NCBI GenBank assembly: GCA_028534125.1
Contig: CM052817.1
Location: forward strand, 43,092,001 to 43,156,000
DNA from: Lama glama
Lineage: Eukaryota
Reading direction: 5' to 3'
Length of the DNA: 64,000 nt
This document shows positions 1-14,700 of this stretch, in pieces. Positions within the stretch are counted from its first letter, which is position 1, and every line of letters begins with the position of its first letter. Under the pieces are notes generated by a model that worked only from the letters and a program-made list of their open reading frames with translations, was not told where the DNA came from and did not search any database. The position numbers were made by a program, and so were the translations under genes.

Positions 1-74
1 CAGTAGTGGAATTGGCCTTTGGTCTTTGTCTTGGTGCAATTGAGGTTTCTGTTGGTCCAATGGTATCTGTTATT
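1..74 (-). CDS. BMP2K: BMP2K exon 10, 5' part (truncated by window edge)
   Basis: tttttttctcgtag|AATAACAG. Translates (R)ITDTIGPTETSIAPRQRPKANSTT and runs off position 1. Confidence 0.95.
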
Positions 75-3000
75 CTACGAGAAAAAAAAAAACACATTTC
101 ATTTCAAATACTGGGATTACTTCTAAATTACTGGTTTTATAAAGCATCTATTTCAACAGACGCCTATTTATTATTATTAATGACCACGTTAGCCCTCTTG
201 GCTTCTTCCTAAGTCTCCTTTTCAAACATTAAATGTTTAATGAAGATAGGAAAGTAAATAAAAATAAACCTAACCACTTTTCTCAAGCCGGTATGCTATC
301 ATTCACAGTCAGCCACTGAGGCCGGAAGGAAAAGAGTAGAGGATTGCTCTTAAGGAGATAAAATAAAGGAAACAAACAGAAGCCTTCTCGATAAGGTTTT
401 GGGCAAAATCGAGAGCCAGCTTTCTAAACTAGTCAGAGAAATAAAAACAAGAAGCAACAATAACCATCTCCCTTAGCTTAGACTCTCAGCCTAAGAAAGA
501 AAAGATCACACCCTAGGGTGCATAACATGCAAGAAGCCAAAACTATTAAAAGATGGAGCTACCAACTCACATTCAACTTCCTGGATCTTTAGCTTTGCTT
601 TACTTAAAACAGTGAATGGAAATTATATAAAACTTTTCCTACTAGGTCTTAGTGTAGGCCACAGATGGGAGTGGTCAAGTGTAAACATAGTTTTAAAAGC
701 AAGAGACACTACATATAATTTGAGAAGATACAGATATTTTCTTTTCTCTTTCAAAAAAAAAAGCCAGGAAAAAATCTTACACTTACATGTTTATGAACCC
801 TGCTTTCTATAAATTCTAAATACTCAAATACTTTAATAGGGTCTATGTTCACTATTCAAAAGGAATGCAATGCAGTCTCTTTACTAAGTTTCCTTAGCAC
901 ATTTTCAAATGATCTGACACTTAACATTTTTGCATACACATGCTTTATCAAGCACACATCTGCTGCATTTAGAGAAAGTCCTGTCCATTGTTAACAGCAC
1001 AGATCTACAGTTCTTGCCTATATCTGCAGACACCACAAGAGGGAGCCCTGTCAACACCTATCTTTCTAAGAAAGACAGGAAGCGAAATTGAATGGAAAGA
1101 TTTTGGAAAATCAGAAATACATTGTGTGTGTACTGTTTTCTAAAAATAAAAACATTTATGTTTTATATGGGATGGAGATGGTACAAGTCATATGAAAACT
1201 GAACTAAAAGGCAATAAAAGATCATGTATACATATAACCAATTACCTCTAATTTAACCTAATCAAGTATTTATTGAGTTCAAATTATGGATGTGGCACTA
1301 AAACCAATGCTGTATCCTCCAAGCTCAAGTAAACTGTGGAAAGTATTACACACAATATTTCTATTTGTCCATCCATTCTTTATTAAGTGGGAAGTATAGG
1401 CCAGACCTTACCAGGCCTCGTCCCTGTTCTAAATCACTCTGTAGAGGAGTCACAACACACACGAGCACAGCAAACCTCTAGAAAGCATACTGAAGTTCTG
1501 CAGACTTTGTTTAGTCTACTGTTTCCTGATTTATTTTACTAATGTACCAATATCTATTATGCAATTATTACTGATATCCAGCAAATACAGCGAAGTATCC
1601 ATCCTTCAAAGAATTTACAGTCTACCTACGAAGATATGGCAGATGCTTATGAAAATATAAAAAAACATAAAACAGTAAAAATAATCAACACCAAGCCAGC
1701 ACTGGCAATTGTTTCATGGAGGAGTAATTCTACCTTTAACCTAACTCAGCTGGGAAGGCTCAGGTGAGAACTGAAGATGAAAGATGAATGTGATTCCATC
1801 AGACAGTAAAAGGAACTAAGCAGTCTGTGTGAAGAAGTGGGAAGAAAATGCCTGGACAGATTAGGCAAAGTGAAGATACAAACTTAACTAAAATGAAAGA
1901 CCGAGTAACAGTAGAGCCACGCAGCCTCATCTGTACTATTACGGCAGACACAGAGCTGTTTTCCCTTCTTCCTTTCTCTTCTTTCTCCCTCACTATCACC
2001 TGAACAATCTTCCTAAACTACAAACTCTCTCTTAAAATCTTCAGCGTTTCCTTCTGCCAGGACAGTGATTCTCAACCCTCCCATCTTTAAGATATAAGTC
2101 ACATAAGTTTCATGTGTTTAACAGTCCCGAGAGCAGATGTAAATCTGGGGAAGGAGGTAGGGAGCTTTTAAGAAGTAAAGCAAAAGTGCCACAGATTGAA
2201 GGGTAGGGCAGGCAGATAATACTCATAAAAGCTTTAAAACATGTAAATAATGATACTAGCTACTTAGAGATGTCTCCATTTCCCCTCTGGAAATATGCCT
2301 TATACATGAAAAAAAAAGATTAACAACTTTTTAACATTTAAAAATTTTCCAAGTACTTTACTGATACTATCAATAAAAACTAAATTTATATTATTGATCA
2401 ATAAGCACCAACAAACCCTATTGTTAATACACATAATGTATAGATTTAACATACTATGACTAGCACTGTGAATTTTAGTTAACTATTTCATTATTTCATC
2501 TGCTTATAATTATATGGCTAAAACTTGTGTCAGGGTGAAATGAGATTCAAAGCATCATCCTTATTCAGTCGACTCATGCTTCTTAAAAATCTATGCCTAT
2601 TTTCTTAAAGATTTAATCATTGACACAATAATTATTTGAAAACACAAGTAACAATAAAATGCTGCTGCCAAGTCCTATGATTGCACGGCTGTGCCAACAG
2701 ATAAGACAGACTGTCAGTCACCCTGGAATTCCTGCAAGTCAGACGTAACTTTACTCCTTCGACTTTTACTCAAACGAATATTTTAAATTCAAGTGAAGAA
2801 AGATAATATTTCTTAGAGCAACACCATATTTTTTTTAAAACTAAGTCATTCCCAAGTGATATTTCAACAATTTGCAAATAATAGAATATTTGTAACACAT
2901 CTTACAACCAAGTCCCAAACAGCAGAAGTGACTACAAGGTGAAAATTCACTGGCCTAACGGCCAAAATCCAAATTTCTCAGCATGCCATATAAACCAAGT

Positions 3001-4077
3001 TGCCCTGACTGGCATTCTGTTCAAGTCATTTCCCACCACTCCCGTAGAATGTCCCCTCACCACACTCAGCCTTGCAGGTTTCCAAAGGCTGTTCTTGCTT
3101 GAAATGCCTGCCTGCTGCAGGCTCACTCCCCCTTGTTCCAAGTGACTTGACTGCTCCTCCTTCAAGGAGGAGCTCAGCAACCCCTGCCCTCAGGGAGGGG
3201 ATTCTTCCCAAGCACCTGCTTCCTCTACCCCCAGTCCTTCCCCTCCTCCACTCTGAGTGGTCTGACACCTATGAAGCTGTAATTGTTCACTGGTCTACCT
3301 TCATTAAAACGTGAACTCCCTGAAAATAAACTCTGCTGCTTCTTTGCGTTCTCAGTATTTACATCTTGCATATAACTAATGTATGACAAATATATTTTAT
3401 GTATTTTATATCAAATAAAATACTCCACATAAGTAAAATATAATACAAAAGAACTGTGACCAAGAAATCTCCGCAAACGTAATAGTACACCTGTCTGATT
3501 ATCTACAACATAGCCTTTAGTTTATTAACTTTCAGACTCTTTTAAAAAAAATAGTCATTAATTCAATCATTTGTCAGATTTAGGACTTAACCTGTGTAAT
3601 TTGTATCAAATACTAATGTAGTAAATAATAAAAATTATTTAAAATATTATAATCTCTTTATCAGTCTTAAAAGTATTACCAGTACACCATTCATACAAAT
3701 TATACAAAGATATTTTTTTCTTTCCATAAGTTAAAAAAGTCATACTGGCTATCAAGCAAAACATAAAATTTCATAAATTAGTTGCCATGTGATGAAATAA
3801 AGACAACCCCCCCAAGTAAAATGACCCAATGTAACATCACCAGTTACACAATCACTTTGTGACTGCTGAGACAGTGATGTCAAACCCTGTTATCTAATAC
3901 AAAAAAAAAAAGCTTATTTTGAACTTGCTGTCTAAGCTCCATACCACATGCAATAAGGAACACAACACTTTTCGTGGGTGAAGATCATATTTAATCAATG
4001 ACACTTGCTAGGATTAAAAATGAGAACTGCCCTTTTTTAAAAAATGCCTTTTCAAATTTCAGCATAGCTTTGCCTAC

Positions 4078-4157
4078 CTGGCTTTTATTTGGCTTTTCCT
4101 AGAAGCTGCTTCACTAGCCGTCATCGGTTCAGGAAGAGTTGAAGGAATAGAAGAATT
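4078..4157 (-). CDS. BMP2K: BMP2K exon 9 (80 nt)
   Basis: ccaag|AATTCT...GCCAG|gtaggc. Translates NSSIPSTLPEPMTASEAASRKSQIKA plus 2 nt. Confidence 0.96.
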
Positions 4158-5029
4158 CTTGGAAGAAAAAATAAACATTTTCATTTTAGTTTTCATTTCA
4201 ATCACAGAAAGCTTTATTTAAACACTACAGATATATTCTTAAACTTTAAAAGTCCTGACTGTGAAATACTATTTCTTTTACCTCAGACCTATAAATTGTT
4301 CACATTTATTTGCCAGATCTAATCTGCAAATGTCACTGCATATTACACAAATGTCACTTTCACATTTGTGTTCCACAGAAACCCTTGGGAAATAAACAGA
4401 ACCTTATCATTATACCCACTTTACAAATGGGTGAACCCTGGGTATAAAGGATTATATTATACTTGTAAATCAATGACTATTCCACACTTTAGAAAAAGAA
4501 GCGAAGACCAAGCACCTGAGTAAGGAGCTGTTTTACACAATGCAGGTGATTTTCACGACCCTGCTTGTCAAGTCTAGAAACAAGAGCAGAGGCTTCACTC
4601 ATCTGTTTACACTCTATACATTTGGCTTACAATAAGTACTCACTAAACATTTGCTGAGTGAAAAGCTAAAAATCCAGGCAAATGTCAAATAAAGCTACTT
4701 CATTACTAGAATGTTAGTAATGACTTCCAGATTTAACTAAGAATGCATTACACTGACATAGTAAGAACTTCAAAAAACAAAAAGGTACCAACTTCCCTCT
4801 TTTTTCTTAGTGGGGTAGATTACGTTGAACACAAAGGAAACTCTTAAGAATAAGTCAGGCCAGAATGATCTTCACAAAGTTGAGAATGGCTTAAAATCAG
4901 TGACTTTTCCAGACTGTTATTAAAATTAGCAGAGACTTGCCATATACTGTTAATCCAACATAGTCAAGTACAGTGTGCAGACACTGGATACAATTCAAAG
5001 CCTTTGAATGGGTTTAGTGATTACCAACT

Positions 5030-5220
5030 CATTATCTTCCCTGGACTAGACACCAGATTTTATATTCATTATTTCTAATCCTCATAATTACTATCCCTGT
5101 TTTACAGAAAAAGAAACAGACAATAAGTAACTTCCCAAAATATATAAAATCAGTCACTGATGAAGACAGAATTGAACCTGGTTCTCTCCATTTACAATGC
5201 CTATGCTCTTTGAGCCAAGG
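5030..5220 (-). mobile_element. MIR SINE fragment
   Basis: ccctgttttacaga...aagtaacttcccaaa...gaattgaacctgg resembles the reverse-complemented MIR core. Confidence 0.6.
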
Positions 5221-5597
5221 TAGCCATACTTTCTCAGTTTGCAAAGTGCTTAGTAGTTCAGTAATTTTTCATGACACCCCTGGCCCTACCTTCCCCCAAA
5301 TCTGAAAGTCCTGTTTTTTTAGTAGTTAGACCCAACAAATGTATAATAGTAGTTTGTGCTATGTTAGACAAATGTTGCAGTGTTTCTCTCAAAGAAGCAA
5401 AATATCCTGCAGTACCCCCTTATCCACTGTAGCTCCCCAGAGCATCACAGGGCACAGTTTGGCAACTGTGACTTTGTATCAAAAATACTAATCACAAACA
5501 TACTATTAGACCACCTGTCATGAAACAAGCAACAAGTGTGTATATATACACACACACACACATATTCACAAATGATAAAAATAAGACTATAACTTCA

Positions 5598-5738
<141 letters not shown>

Positions 5739-7018
5739 TTAAAATGTTAAGAAGTTTCATTGAACACAGAAGCAATTAGGGGCACATTAAAAGGGTAAAA
5801 TATACACATATATACTTTTTTCCATTCCAAGATCAGTGATGATTCCAGCAAACTTTGTTAACATTTATACAAAATATAAAAATTATTATCTTATATACCA
5901 ACTTTAAAGAGACAAATCAGTCCTAGAAGAGTTCTGCATTAGAAATATAAATGATAAATATGAATATTCTTCTGAGATATGACACACAAAAAAAGTGAGT
6001 TTAGTAAATACTGTGTAATTATTCAAGAAAGTTCTAAAGCCACAGTAGGGGTCCTTATTTTCACTATTACCTAAAATACTAGTACTTAAGTGCTCCTGAA
6101 TTATTAAGGAAAGACTAAATTGCATGCATTATAATCTATTTAGCAAAATAGGACAAGACTGGCACTATAACCATCCTAAAACATGCTTCCTTCCCACAGT
6201 GATGCTAGCAATACTCATCGCAGTTCCGTACTTCGACATGCTATCTGCAGCACGTTCAGAAGCACAAGCATAGTTTTATGGTTCTATTACAAACAGATTT
6301 CAGATCAACCTTATTGCTTGAGAGGCCTGACCTTTTTTCTAACCAAAATGACCACTACCATTTGTCTATTTCTTGGATAGCTTGTTAATTTACAATTTTA
6401 CAAGAAGGTTGACATTTATACTCCATCTAGAACTGAAAAATCCATATTTTGTTAAGATATTCTCCATGATCTAATTCTGCTTCACTGATTAACTCTAAGT
6501 TCTTATCATATTCAAATAATTTTAAACCTATTTGCAATGTAAAATTTACAGTATGAATCAGATAATATTCTGAAATTTCCTAATAAAATTATGTACAGAG
6601 ATATCAAGGTATATAAACAGCTAAATTAAAATTATAAACCAAAATGAATTAAATCTGCCTTTCAAACTCAAGTAATATTTGAACAAACACTGTGTAATAC
6701 ATCTCCAACAGCACGATAAATTAATTTGGTTAAGAACATGGTTGTTTGGCAAGTGACACTAAACACAAACTTAAAAATTTACTTTGGAGATTCTGAACTC
6801 AGTTTTATTACGTTCTGCATGTCACTTGATTTTATATATTTTAAAAAGTTAACATATATCACTCATAAAATTGACTTATTATTTTATCACCACTGTTAGA
6901 TGGAAATAACTCAAAACACTGAATTCTAATGTTTATTGGTTTATATTCAACCTCACTCCAGAAAAGATTTGAGAAATTTACAAGATTTGTTTTATCCTCC
7001 AGAATCGTATTTTATCTT

Positions 7019-7162
7019 TTTTTTAAATTTTATTTTATTTTATAATTTTGGAGGGGGAGGGTTTACCTATTTATTTATTTTTAGAGGAGATACTGGGGAT
7101 TGAACCCAGGACCTTGTGTACACTAAGTATGCGCTCTACCACTTGAGCTATATCCTCCCCCC
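7019..7162 (-). mobile_element. tRNA-derived SINE, Vic-1-like (camelid)
   Basis: Minus strand reads GGGGGGAGGATATAGCTCAAGTGGTAGAGCGC...GGTTCAATCCCCAG (A and B boxes), then an A-rich tail. Perfect 13-bp TSD CGTATTTTATCTT at 7006-7018 and 7163-7175. Confidence 0.85.
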
Positions 7163-8229
7163 CGTATTTTATCTTGATACCAACAAATATTCAATGTGTT
7201 AAAAGGAACAACAGTACATGATACAGGCATAAATTTAAACAGGCTTTTAACAACAAACACTTATTCATTTAATTTTCAAAAATCAAACAAATCACAAAAA
7301 ACTTTATCAAAGTCACAAACTTAAAATTCTACTTTTCTAACAATTAAGTTTATTTGGTCTTTAAAATCTAATTTCACTAGTAGCTAATTATAAATATGTA
7401 TTCCTCCACAGGACTTAAAGTGACATGCAAAACTATAAGATTTTTTAAATATGTGAGAAAATTAAGACCAATGAAAAATAGTGGCTAAGGAAAAATAAAA
7501 CAAAACAAAAACCTGGGTAACGATGTCAGTAAAGAAATCGCGTATGTTTGGTCTTAAAAACGCACGCCAAAAATCGAGCACTCTGCTTTCTCGCCGTCAA
7601 CACAAGTAGGGTGACATGATCCATTACATTAATCACAGTGTCCTTAACACAAAGACAAACCAGGTGCTAAGAAAAAGCACTATTCCTGATGCTGAAAGCA
7701 GAGTCCATTCTCCTTTGCATCTTTCTAAAGATGGCTCACTCTGAGTGAAAAATATCCTTAAGGAATCACATTTAGTAATATAGGGTCGGGTCTTACACAC
7801 TCCTTCCGTGTGGACCAGTGACATACCACCTACATGCAGCTCAGTAGAAGAAATTCTACAGGAGCAGAGAATACTGCAGGACGAAGATCCACTTCTCTGG
7901 CCTGGCTTAATCTAGGAAAAGCTTTTGAAGTGTCTAGACAGGAAGAGAATGATCCTTCAGGTAATGCTATACTTTTTTCCTTTTGTAGTAGATGAGAAGC
8001 ATTGAAGGGAAATGAAAAATTTGAGATTTTATGTTCTCTGATCGACATCTGTAGAGGTAATTCTCTCTCTCAAGTTAAGAATAGCACAACATCCCCTAAT
8101 GATTAAGTAACCAGGCTGTGGGTAGAATTGATATCATCTTGTAAGGAAACAAAAAGACTTCTAACTACCCTGGCGCGTGTTTCCACGTGGGAGACATTTT
8201 CCGGGGGCAGTTTAGTTTGTCTGACTGTA

Positions 8230-8445
8230 CTGACCCCATTTATGTGGCATAAAATCTGCCTAAAAGGTCATGACTAGCATTTATTTTAATAAAGTAGAAC
8301 AGAAAATATTACAGTGCATTATACCGTAAGTATAAGCAAAGTTTCAAGACATTTGTTTCACATGTGTGTGCGTGTATGTACCAGGTCATCACTAAAATGT
8401 ATTTTTTATTATGGATCACAGTCAAGTAGTTTTAAAAACCACTGT
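8230..8445. mobile_element. hAT-Charlie-type DNA transposon fragment
   Basis: Ends ...aaaatgtattttttattatggatcacagtcaagtagttttaaaaaccactg, a Charlie-like terminus. Confidence 0.45.
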
Positions 8446-10219
8446 GCTAGCGATCTCTATTACTATAGTGCATTCCTCTCCAAGGAAGGACAGTGATTTG
8501 TCTAATTTAGACTAGAAAAAAATAAGCACCCACAGGTGTCCATCTCTGCTGCTTTCTTTCAGAACAGTTTATTCTCAGGACATGTATGTTCTCTACAGAA
8601 CCACGTTTTGAAAGTGGCCCACTTCTGTGGAAGAAGTCTAGGCTTTCCAGCATTGTCTATGACTGGATGTGAGTATATTTGGGAGTTGAATATACATTAA
8701 CAGGCCCATTTGGCTTCAGATCCAAATTCTGTTCTGCAATCTGCTTTATCAGTACTTACAAAATATTTTACATTTAATATTATCAGCCACTTAAAAGGAA
8801 AAAGGAAACAACTCAATGAGACATCATTAAAGCACTTAATAATGTAATTTCCCAAACTCTCCAAAAGAATGCATTGCAAAATGTACTCCTAGATTACTGA
8901 ATGATGTAACCTGAAGTGTAACGGTATCAGTTCCAACCCAGCTAAACACTGAAGCATATCCTCCAATAATGACAACTTCAGTTTTTAAGGAGGTGACCCA
9001 AAGCCATTTTCTCTCACAATAATTAAACATTAAGTTCAGTGTTTAATTAACTCCTACTTCATGACAATAAAACAGCATCACCTACAAAAATATACTCTTA
9101 AGTGGAAGAATTAAGGAATATGTGAGTCTAATTCATCCAAAAGTGAATCAAGTGATTTAAGTTTTAAAAAAGGCAGAGAAGCTAGAATACACCCTTGTTT
9201 TCTCAACTTAAAAGGATCACGTGAATCATCAAGACCATTCCCACTGACCTTGATTCTACTACAAATATAAAACCGACTTTTAAGAAGTTGGCCACATAGA
9301 AACAAAAAGGTGTTTCTCTGCTCCTCCCAACTGTGTGACTCTTTCTATTGACACAAACGCACTAATACAACCTGAAAACACAAAACAGCCTCAGCATTGA
9401 CGGTTGTATATGATTAAACCACCACAGTATTTCCAACTGATTAAAACCCACTTGCATCCAAGGCAGCTGAACTAATTACGCTTATTCTGGTTTTGCGACA
9501 TCCATGCACATTCCAGCACAAAGAGCAGCTAAGGCGCAGCTCAGCAGGGGCCACGTTAAACATGGCTTCATCAAGGACTCACACCAAAAATTAAGTGAAG
9601 TAGTTCCCATCCAAGTTACATAAAAGGATGGACCCATGCCTGAGCCTAAGTAAAAGTTAAACCAGCACCTCTAATCTAACAGTTCAACAAAATTATTAGG
9701 AAAATACTTTGGACAGAAGTCTCAAAACAATGTTCCTGCTTAAAAACTGTTAAAATTTTTTCCTTCCACAAAGACATCTTTTGTCTCCCACAGACTTCCA
9801 GTTACCACAATTATAGTAATTTGCCTGAAAAGAGAAATACTCACTCTAATTTTGTAACCATAAATACTTCGAGCATTAACGTGTTATTTTTGTCTGTGGA
9901 CCTATGAAGAGTATTACAGAAAACTTGTATGTTAGGCATATGTATTCTATAGACCTCATTCCATAGACTACTGAAGTCAAATCAAATTCAACAGCTAATA
10001 ATAAACACGTTCAATCATAACTAAAAGACTAAGTGGCACTATTAATATGACAGGATAGTCTATCTGGGATAGTTCTGGTAGCTGTTCCTAGAAGTTATTG
10101 ATCACAGCCCTCTCTCTACACCTCCCCAAGTGGTAACCCCAAGAGCCAAGGACTGAAAACCTCCAGGGAAACCCTATCTTAAACTCTGATTTCTTTTCAA
10201 AACTACATTAAAATGTCCG

Positions 10220-10385
10220 AGATTTAAAAATACATATATATAGGATATAGTGGATGAGGGCGTAAATGAAACAAGATGGACCATGAGCTGATAATAACTG
10301 AAGCTGGGCAGCAGGTACATGATAATCCACTGCACTGTTCTGCTTATATTTCTAAATATTTTTTAACTTCCATAATAAATTTTAA
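10220..10385 (+). mobile_element. Old L1 (L1MC/ME-type) 3' end fragment
   Basis: aaacaagatggaccatgagctgataataactgaagctggg...ttccataataaa. Confidence 0.6.
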
Positions 10386-10453
10386 GTGAATACAAACAAG
10401 CAAACAAGTTCCTGGTTTCCCAAAGAAAACAGGTATTGAAGTAAATTTATTTA

Positions 10454-10760
10454 CTATCATAAAGACAAGAAAAACAAGTATTGGTAGGATGCGGAAAAAA
10501 GGGAATCCATGTGCACTACTGGTGGGAATGAAAATTGGTGCAGCCACTATGGAAAACATATAACCCATCAAGTCTACTTCTGAGTATGTATCTGAAGGAA
10601 ATAAAAGCACAAACTCAGAAAGATATCTATACCCTCATGTTCACTGAAGCATTATTTATAGTAGCCAAGACATGGAAGCAACCTAAGTGTCCATCAATGG
10701 ATGAATGGATAAATAAAATGTGAAAAATACATACACACACAGTGACAGACAGACAGACAG

Positions 10761-10795
<35 letters not shown>

Positions 10796-11295
10796 GGAAT
10801 ATTATTCGGCCATTAAAAGAGAAGGAAATCTTCCTATTTTTACACCATGAATGAACATGAGGACAGTATACTAAGTGAAATAAGTCAGGCAGAGAAGGAC
10901 AAATACCAACTGATCTACTTAAAAAAAATAAAACATACAGATACAGAGAACAGACTGGTGGTTGTGAGAGGTAGGAGGTGGTGGATGGGCAAAACAGGTG
11001 TAGGTGCTCGAAAGGTAACAAACTTCCAGTTATAAAATAAATAAGTCCTGGGGATGTTATGTACAGCATGATGACTACAGCTAATCACACTCTATTGTAT
11101 ATTGTATATTTCAAAGTTGCTAAGACAGTAGATCTTAAAGAGTTCTCATCACAAGGGAAAACAATGTGTAACTATGTGAGGTGACAGATGTTTACTAGAC
11201 CTACTGTGGTGATTATTTCACAATATTACATCAAATCATTTCACTGCACACCTGAAACTATGTAATGTTATACGTCAATTATATTTCAATTAAAT
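10454..11295 (+). mobile_element. 5'-truncated L1 (ORF2 C-terminus plus 3' UTR)
   Basis: ORF remnant TLMFTEALFIVAKTWKQPKCPSMDEWINKM and a typical L1MA-like 3' UTR. Contains a (GACA)n(CA)n microsatellite at about 10730-10793. Confidence 0.9.
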
Positions 11296-11689
11296 ACGTA
11301 AATATTTAAACCTAATAGAAGAGCTGCTAAGAGCTAGGACACAGAACCATAAAGCAACAGTAAGTCAGCAGCCCCAAAGCAAAAAGACAAAACAAAACAA
11401 AGTCTTCTCCGTTGTTCAGTATGAATCACTATTTAGAGGTGAGAAAAATAATCTTAGTAGTTACATTTAACAGTATGTTCTGGAATATATGATAACTTCT
11501 GGCAAATCTTTGATATCCACCATTAACCTGCAAACCCAAGTTTGGCTTCAAGGTATCCAAAGAAATCTCTGCAGGGAAAGTACATCCTAATGAGTATCTG
11601 ACAGTAGATGCCCTGACCTTCACCCAGAAAATGAGAAATCAGGCTAGCTCAGGAAGAAGAAGAAAGACATCAGTAGTGGTGGTAGTTAC

Positions 11690-11940
11690 TGCAGAAGTAA
11701 TGATGGCAGCATTAAAGGCCGTCTCTCACCGAGTACTTAGACACGCTAAGAAGCTTTTTTCATAATTCATTTTATTTTCACAATAACCCTAAGAGGGACG
11801 TAATTTTAATATGCTCATTTTAGAAATAAAACTGAAGTAAATGGAGCTGCCCAACATTCTGTACCAACTAAGGGACTAGGGAGATGCAAGTCCAGGCCCT
11901 TTGGCACCAGAGGCCTGATTCTTAATCTCCACAATATACT
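11690..11940 (-). mobile_element. MIR SINE fragment
   Basis: tttcacaataaccctaag...ctcattttagaaataaaactgaag...caagtccaggcc. Confidence 0.5.
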
Positions 11941-14169
11941 TCCTTAACCACCATGACAGAAGCTAAAAGCAAGGTGAAGCAGCCAGCCTTCTGTTCACTC
12001 ATCGTAACTCTTCGGTATTCCTGTTAGTTATGCTTCTCATTCTCCTCTGAACGTTCTCCAGTTCAACTCTTAGGCCCATAAACGTAAAGTGCTTCTCTCC
12101 TCACTGTCCACCACCATCCACCTCCATTACTTACTTGTTTATTGAAAAAGTTAACAGAAGCTAATAAGAAAAATTCTAAATAATTGCTACTTTTAAGAAG
12201 AAAAAGTCTGCAGAAAATTAATAAACTGAGCATTATGGACAGTAGGTAATAATACCCTTGACCAAACTGGTGATAATCAAACCTGCATTCAAATACTTAT
12301 ATAACCACAAACCATGTAGTTTAACAAAGGTTAAGCAAAGCTATTTCATTCTCCAAAATCCTGAGTCACATAAAATAGATGCAAGCAGCATTAGTAAAAC
12401 TATTAAGACTAAAAAGATATGTCTTTTTAATGCTTTATCTCATATATAAATGTGGGAGCAACTACATTGCATGAATAGATAATTGTCAATAAAAAGTTTC
12501 CCTTTCAAAAACTATGCACACAGGTATGCAATCTCTGGTTTTCTGAAGGTAGGATTTATTTGAAAGCAATGTAAATCACCAATTACTTTATTACAAAAGT
12601 GGATACAGAAAATACAGAAACCTAAATAAAATGGTGGGAAACAGGCAAGCTCACATGTGAAAAATGCAAAGAATAAAACTGCAAAGAATCTAAATGTTTC
12701 CTAAAAAATATTATATTACAGATAAGTATGTTCTGGTTTTCAAAAATCTCTATATTGTTAAGTTTTTACTACTCAAGATAATACCTAAAAAGTAAAATCC
12801 ACAAAGGCCCTATGACAGGAGATAAAATACCAACATTTACTTGAAGGCTTTTATTTTATTCAACCTTGTTTTTCCATTTCTGCTTAGTTCTCAGAGATAA
12901 GTTCAAAGACATTAACACACGGTTGAATTTATACTAACATTGATAAAAACTAAAATCTGTACATTTATCAACAAGTAAAGCAAGCATGTGATGCCCAGTA
13001 AAGCATCAGTGAACTAGAGCCCAGTTAGATCCTGAAGTTATCAGCAGTTGTTTACCTTTCCCACCTTCCCGTTATATACAAACACATACCCACACACACA
13101 CATAACAGAGAAGGGGGAAAGAAAAACCTAACACAAGAACAAAAGATCTTATTACTATAAGCAAATTAAATCACGAGTCAGGGTATATATACTGCCCAGT
13201 CTCTCATACAATACTGTCCAATGAGAATACTAAGTTTCTAAGACACTGCAAGATCCTCAATAAAAATCATCAGCCTAACTGTGATTAAAATATTATACTT
13301 AACAGCATAATAGTGTCACAGTTACAATGATTTACAACAAAGGGCTTCAATAAATATCCACACGGATAACCTTCTAAACTTCAATGAGCCAGAACACTCA
13401 ACAGCCAAAGTAAATCCCTCAATCCACTTTTTGAGCATTCCCCTTGATCAGAGTTCTTTCATGCTTTTGATGTCCTAGATTTTGGACAATGAAGGAAGAA
13501 AGCAGCTGGATAAGAGCAGCTTATGGGTCTGATGTTTATGCAAATATACTCTAAAGGTAGGTTTGCTCTTTAAAAAAAATTCACATTCTGCAAAATGGCA
13601 GGCTAAAAGTAACAGGGCTCATGGGGAAAAGAGAGTTGGGACAAACCAATGAAAAACCATACAGCTCTGTCACTAGCGCACTGACAAGAACAGTCATTGG
13701 CACCTGGGAAGGTAACTTGGGCTCCCCGGGCAGGTAGCTTAATTTGGCTGAAAGCTGCCACAAGGGCATAAAAACACAACAAAACATCTCAATCAATAAA
13801 GATAAAGGTGCAACTCTGAGACAATGGAGATGACATTCAGGGGGCCATCCACTAGTAGAGAGCCACACAAATACTGACAGGTAGCACTCTCTGGGAAGAA
13901 AATCCCCAGGTACAAGCACCATATTCAATGTCCTCCAATTAGAGCTGAACATCTTCGTGCTGGTAGTGCAGCAGCCAACCTCAGGGCTATTTCCTTTCCC
14001 TGCAAGTCATACGACCATCTTCCCCACTCCATTACTCTGCTTCCCCTTGCCTAGGAAAAACATTTCACATGAGGCATGTGATTTTTGTGTTCAACTGACA
14101 TAACTCTCTAATTTCCAACAGAATGAGCAAATCCACATTACAGATGTAAAAAGACTGTGCTTTAAGTAA

Positions 14170-14700
14170 ATTTGCAAAGTGAGGCTAGATATCCTTTTAT
14201 GCTCCATCTTCTTTTGACTATTTTTCTTTTGGAGTGTTTGCCCTTTTCCTTTTGAGCTTCATAAACTACAAAAGATAGCCATTTGTCAAGTGTGTAACGA
14301 ATTTTTTTTCCCATTTATCATTTGACTCTATGCTAGGGTTCATGGTTTGAAGGGACTTTCAATGGTTTAAAGTTATATATTAATGGATTCATCTTTTTTT
14401 TTTCTAGCTCCTGAGATTAAAAGCCTAGTTTATAGATTACCTATTCCAGTGTTATAAGTGAATTTATACCTATTTTCTTCAAGTATATTTATGTTTTATT
14501 TTTCACATTTAAGTCTCTGATTTATCTGAAATCTTAGTATAATGTTCAAGTTAGAGATTCGGCCTGATTTTTTTATCTACACATAGATAATAAACTTTTG
14601 CATTTCCATCTGTTTTCCTCACTACATTGAATTGTCATCTTTATCATACAAAACCTCAAATATATTTCGACTGATCTTCTTTTCTATTGCATTGATCTCT
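14170..14700 (-). mobile_element. Old L1 ORF2 fragment (sense to BMP2K)
   Basis: T-rich segment with cctattttcttcaag...tttttcacatttaagtctctgatttatctg, typical of reverse-complemented L1 ORF2. Confidence 0.6.

Noticed and set aside
7090..7162. tRNA gene (A/B boxes, GGTTCAATCCC)
   Set aside because: It is followed by a SINE body and A-rich tail and flanked by a TSD, so it is a retroposed SINE.
13581..13952. 123-aa minus-strand ORF in intron 7
   Set aside because: No recognisable protein similarity and no supported splice structure linking it to the BMP2K frame.
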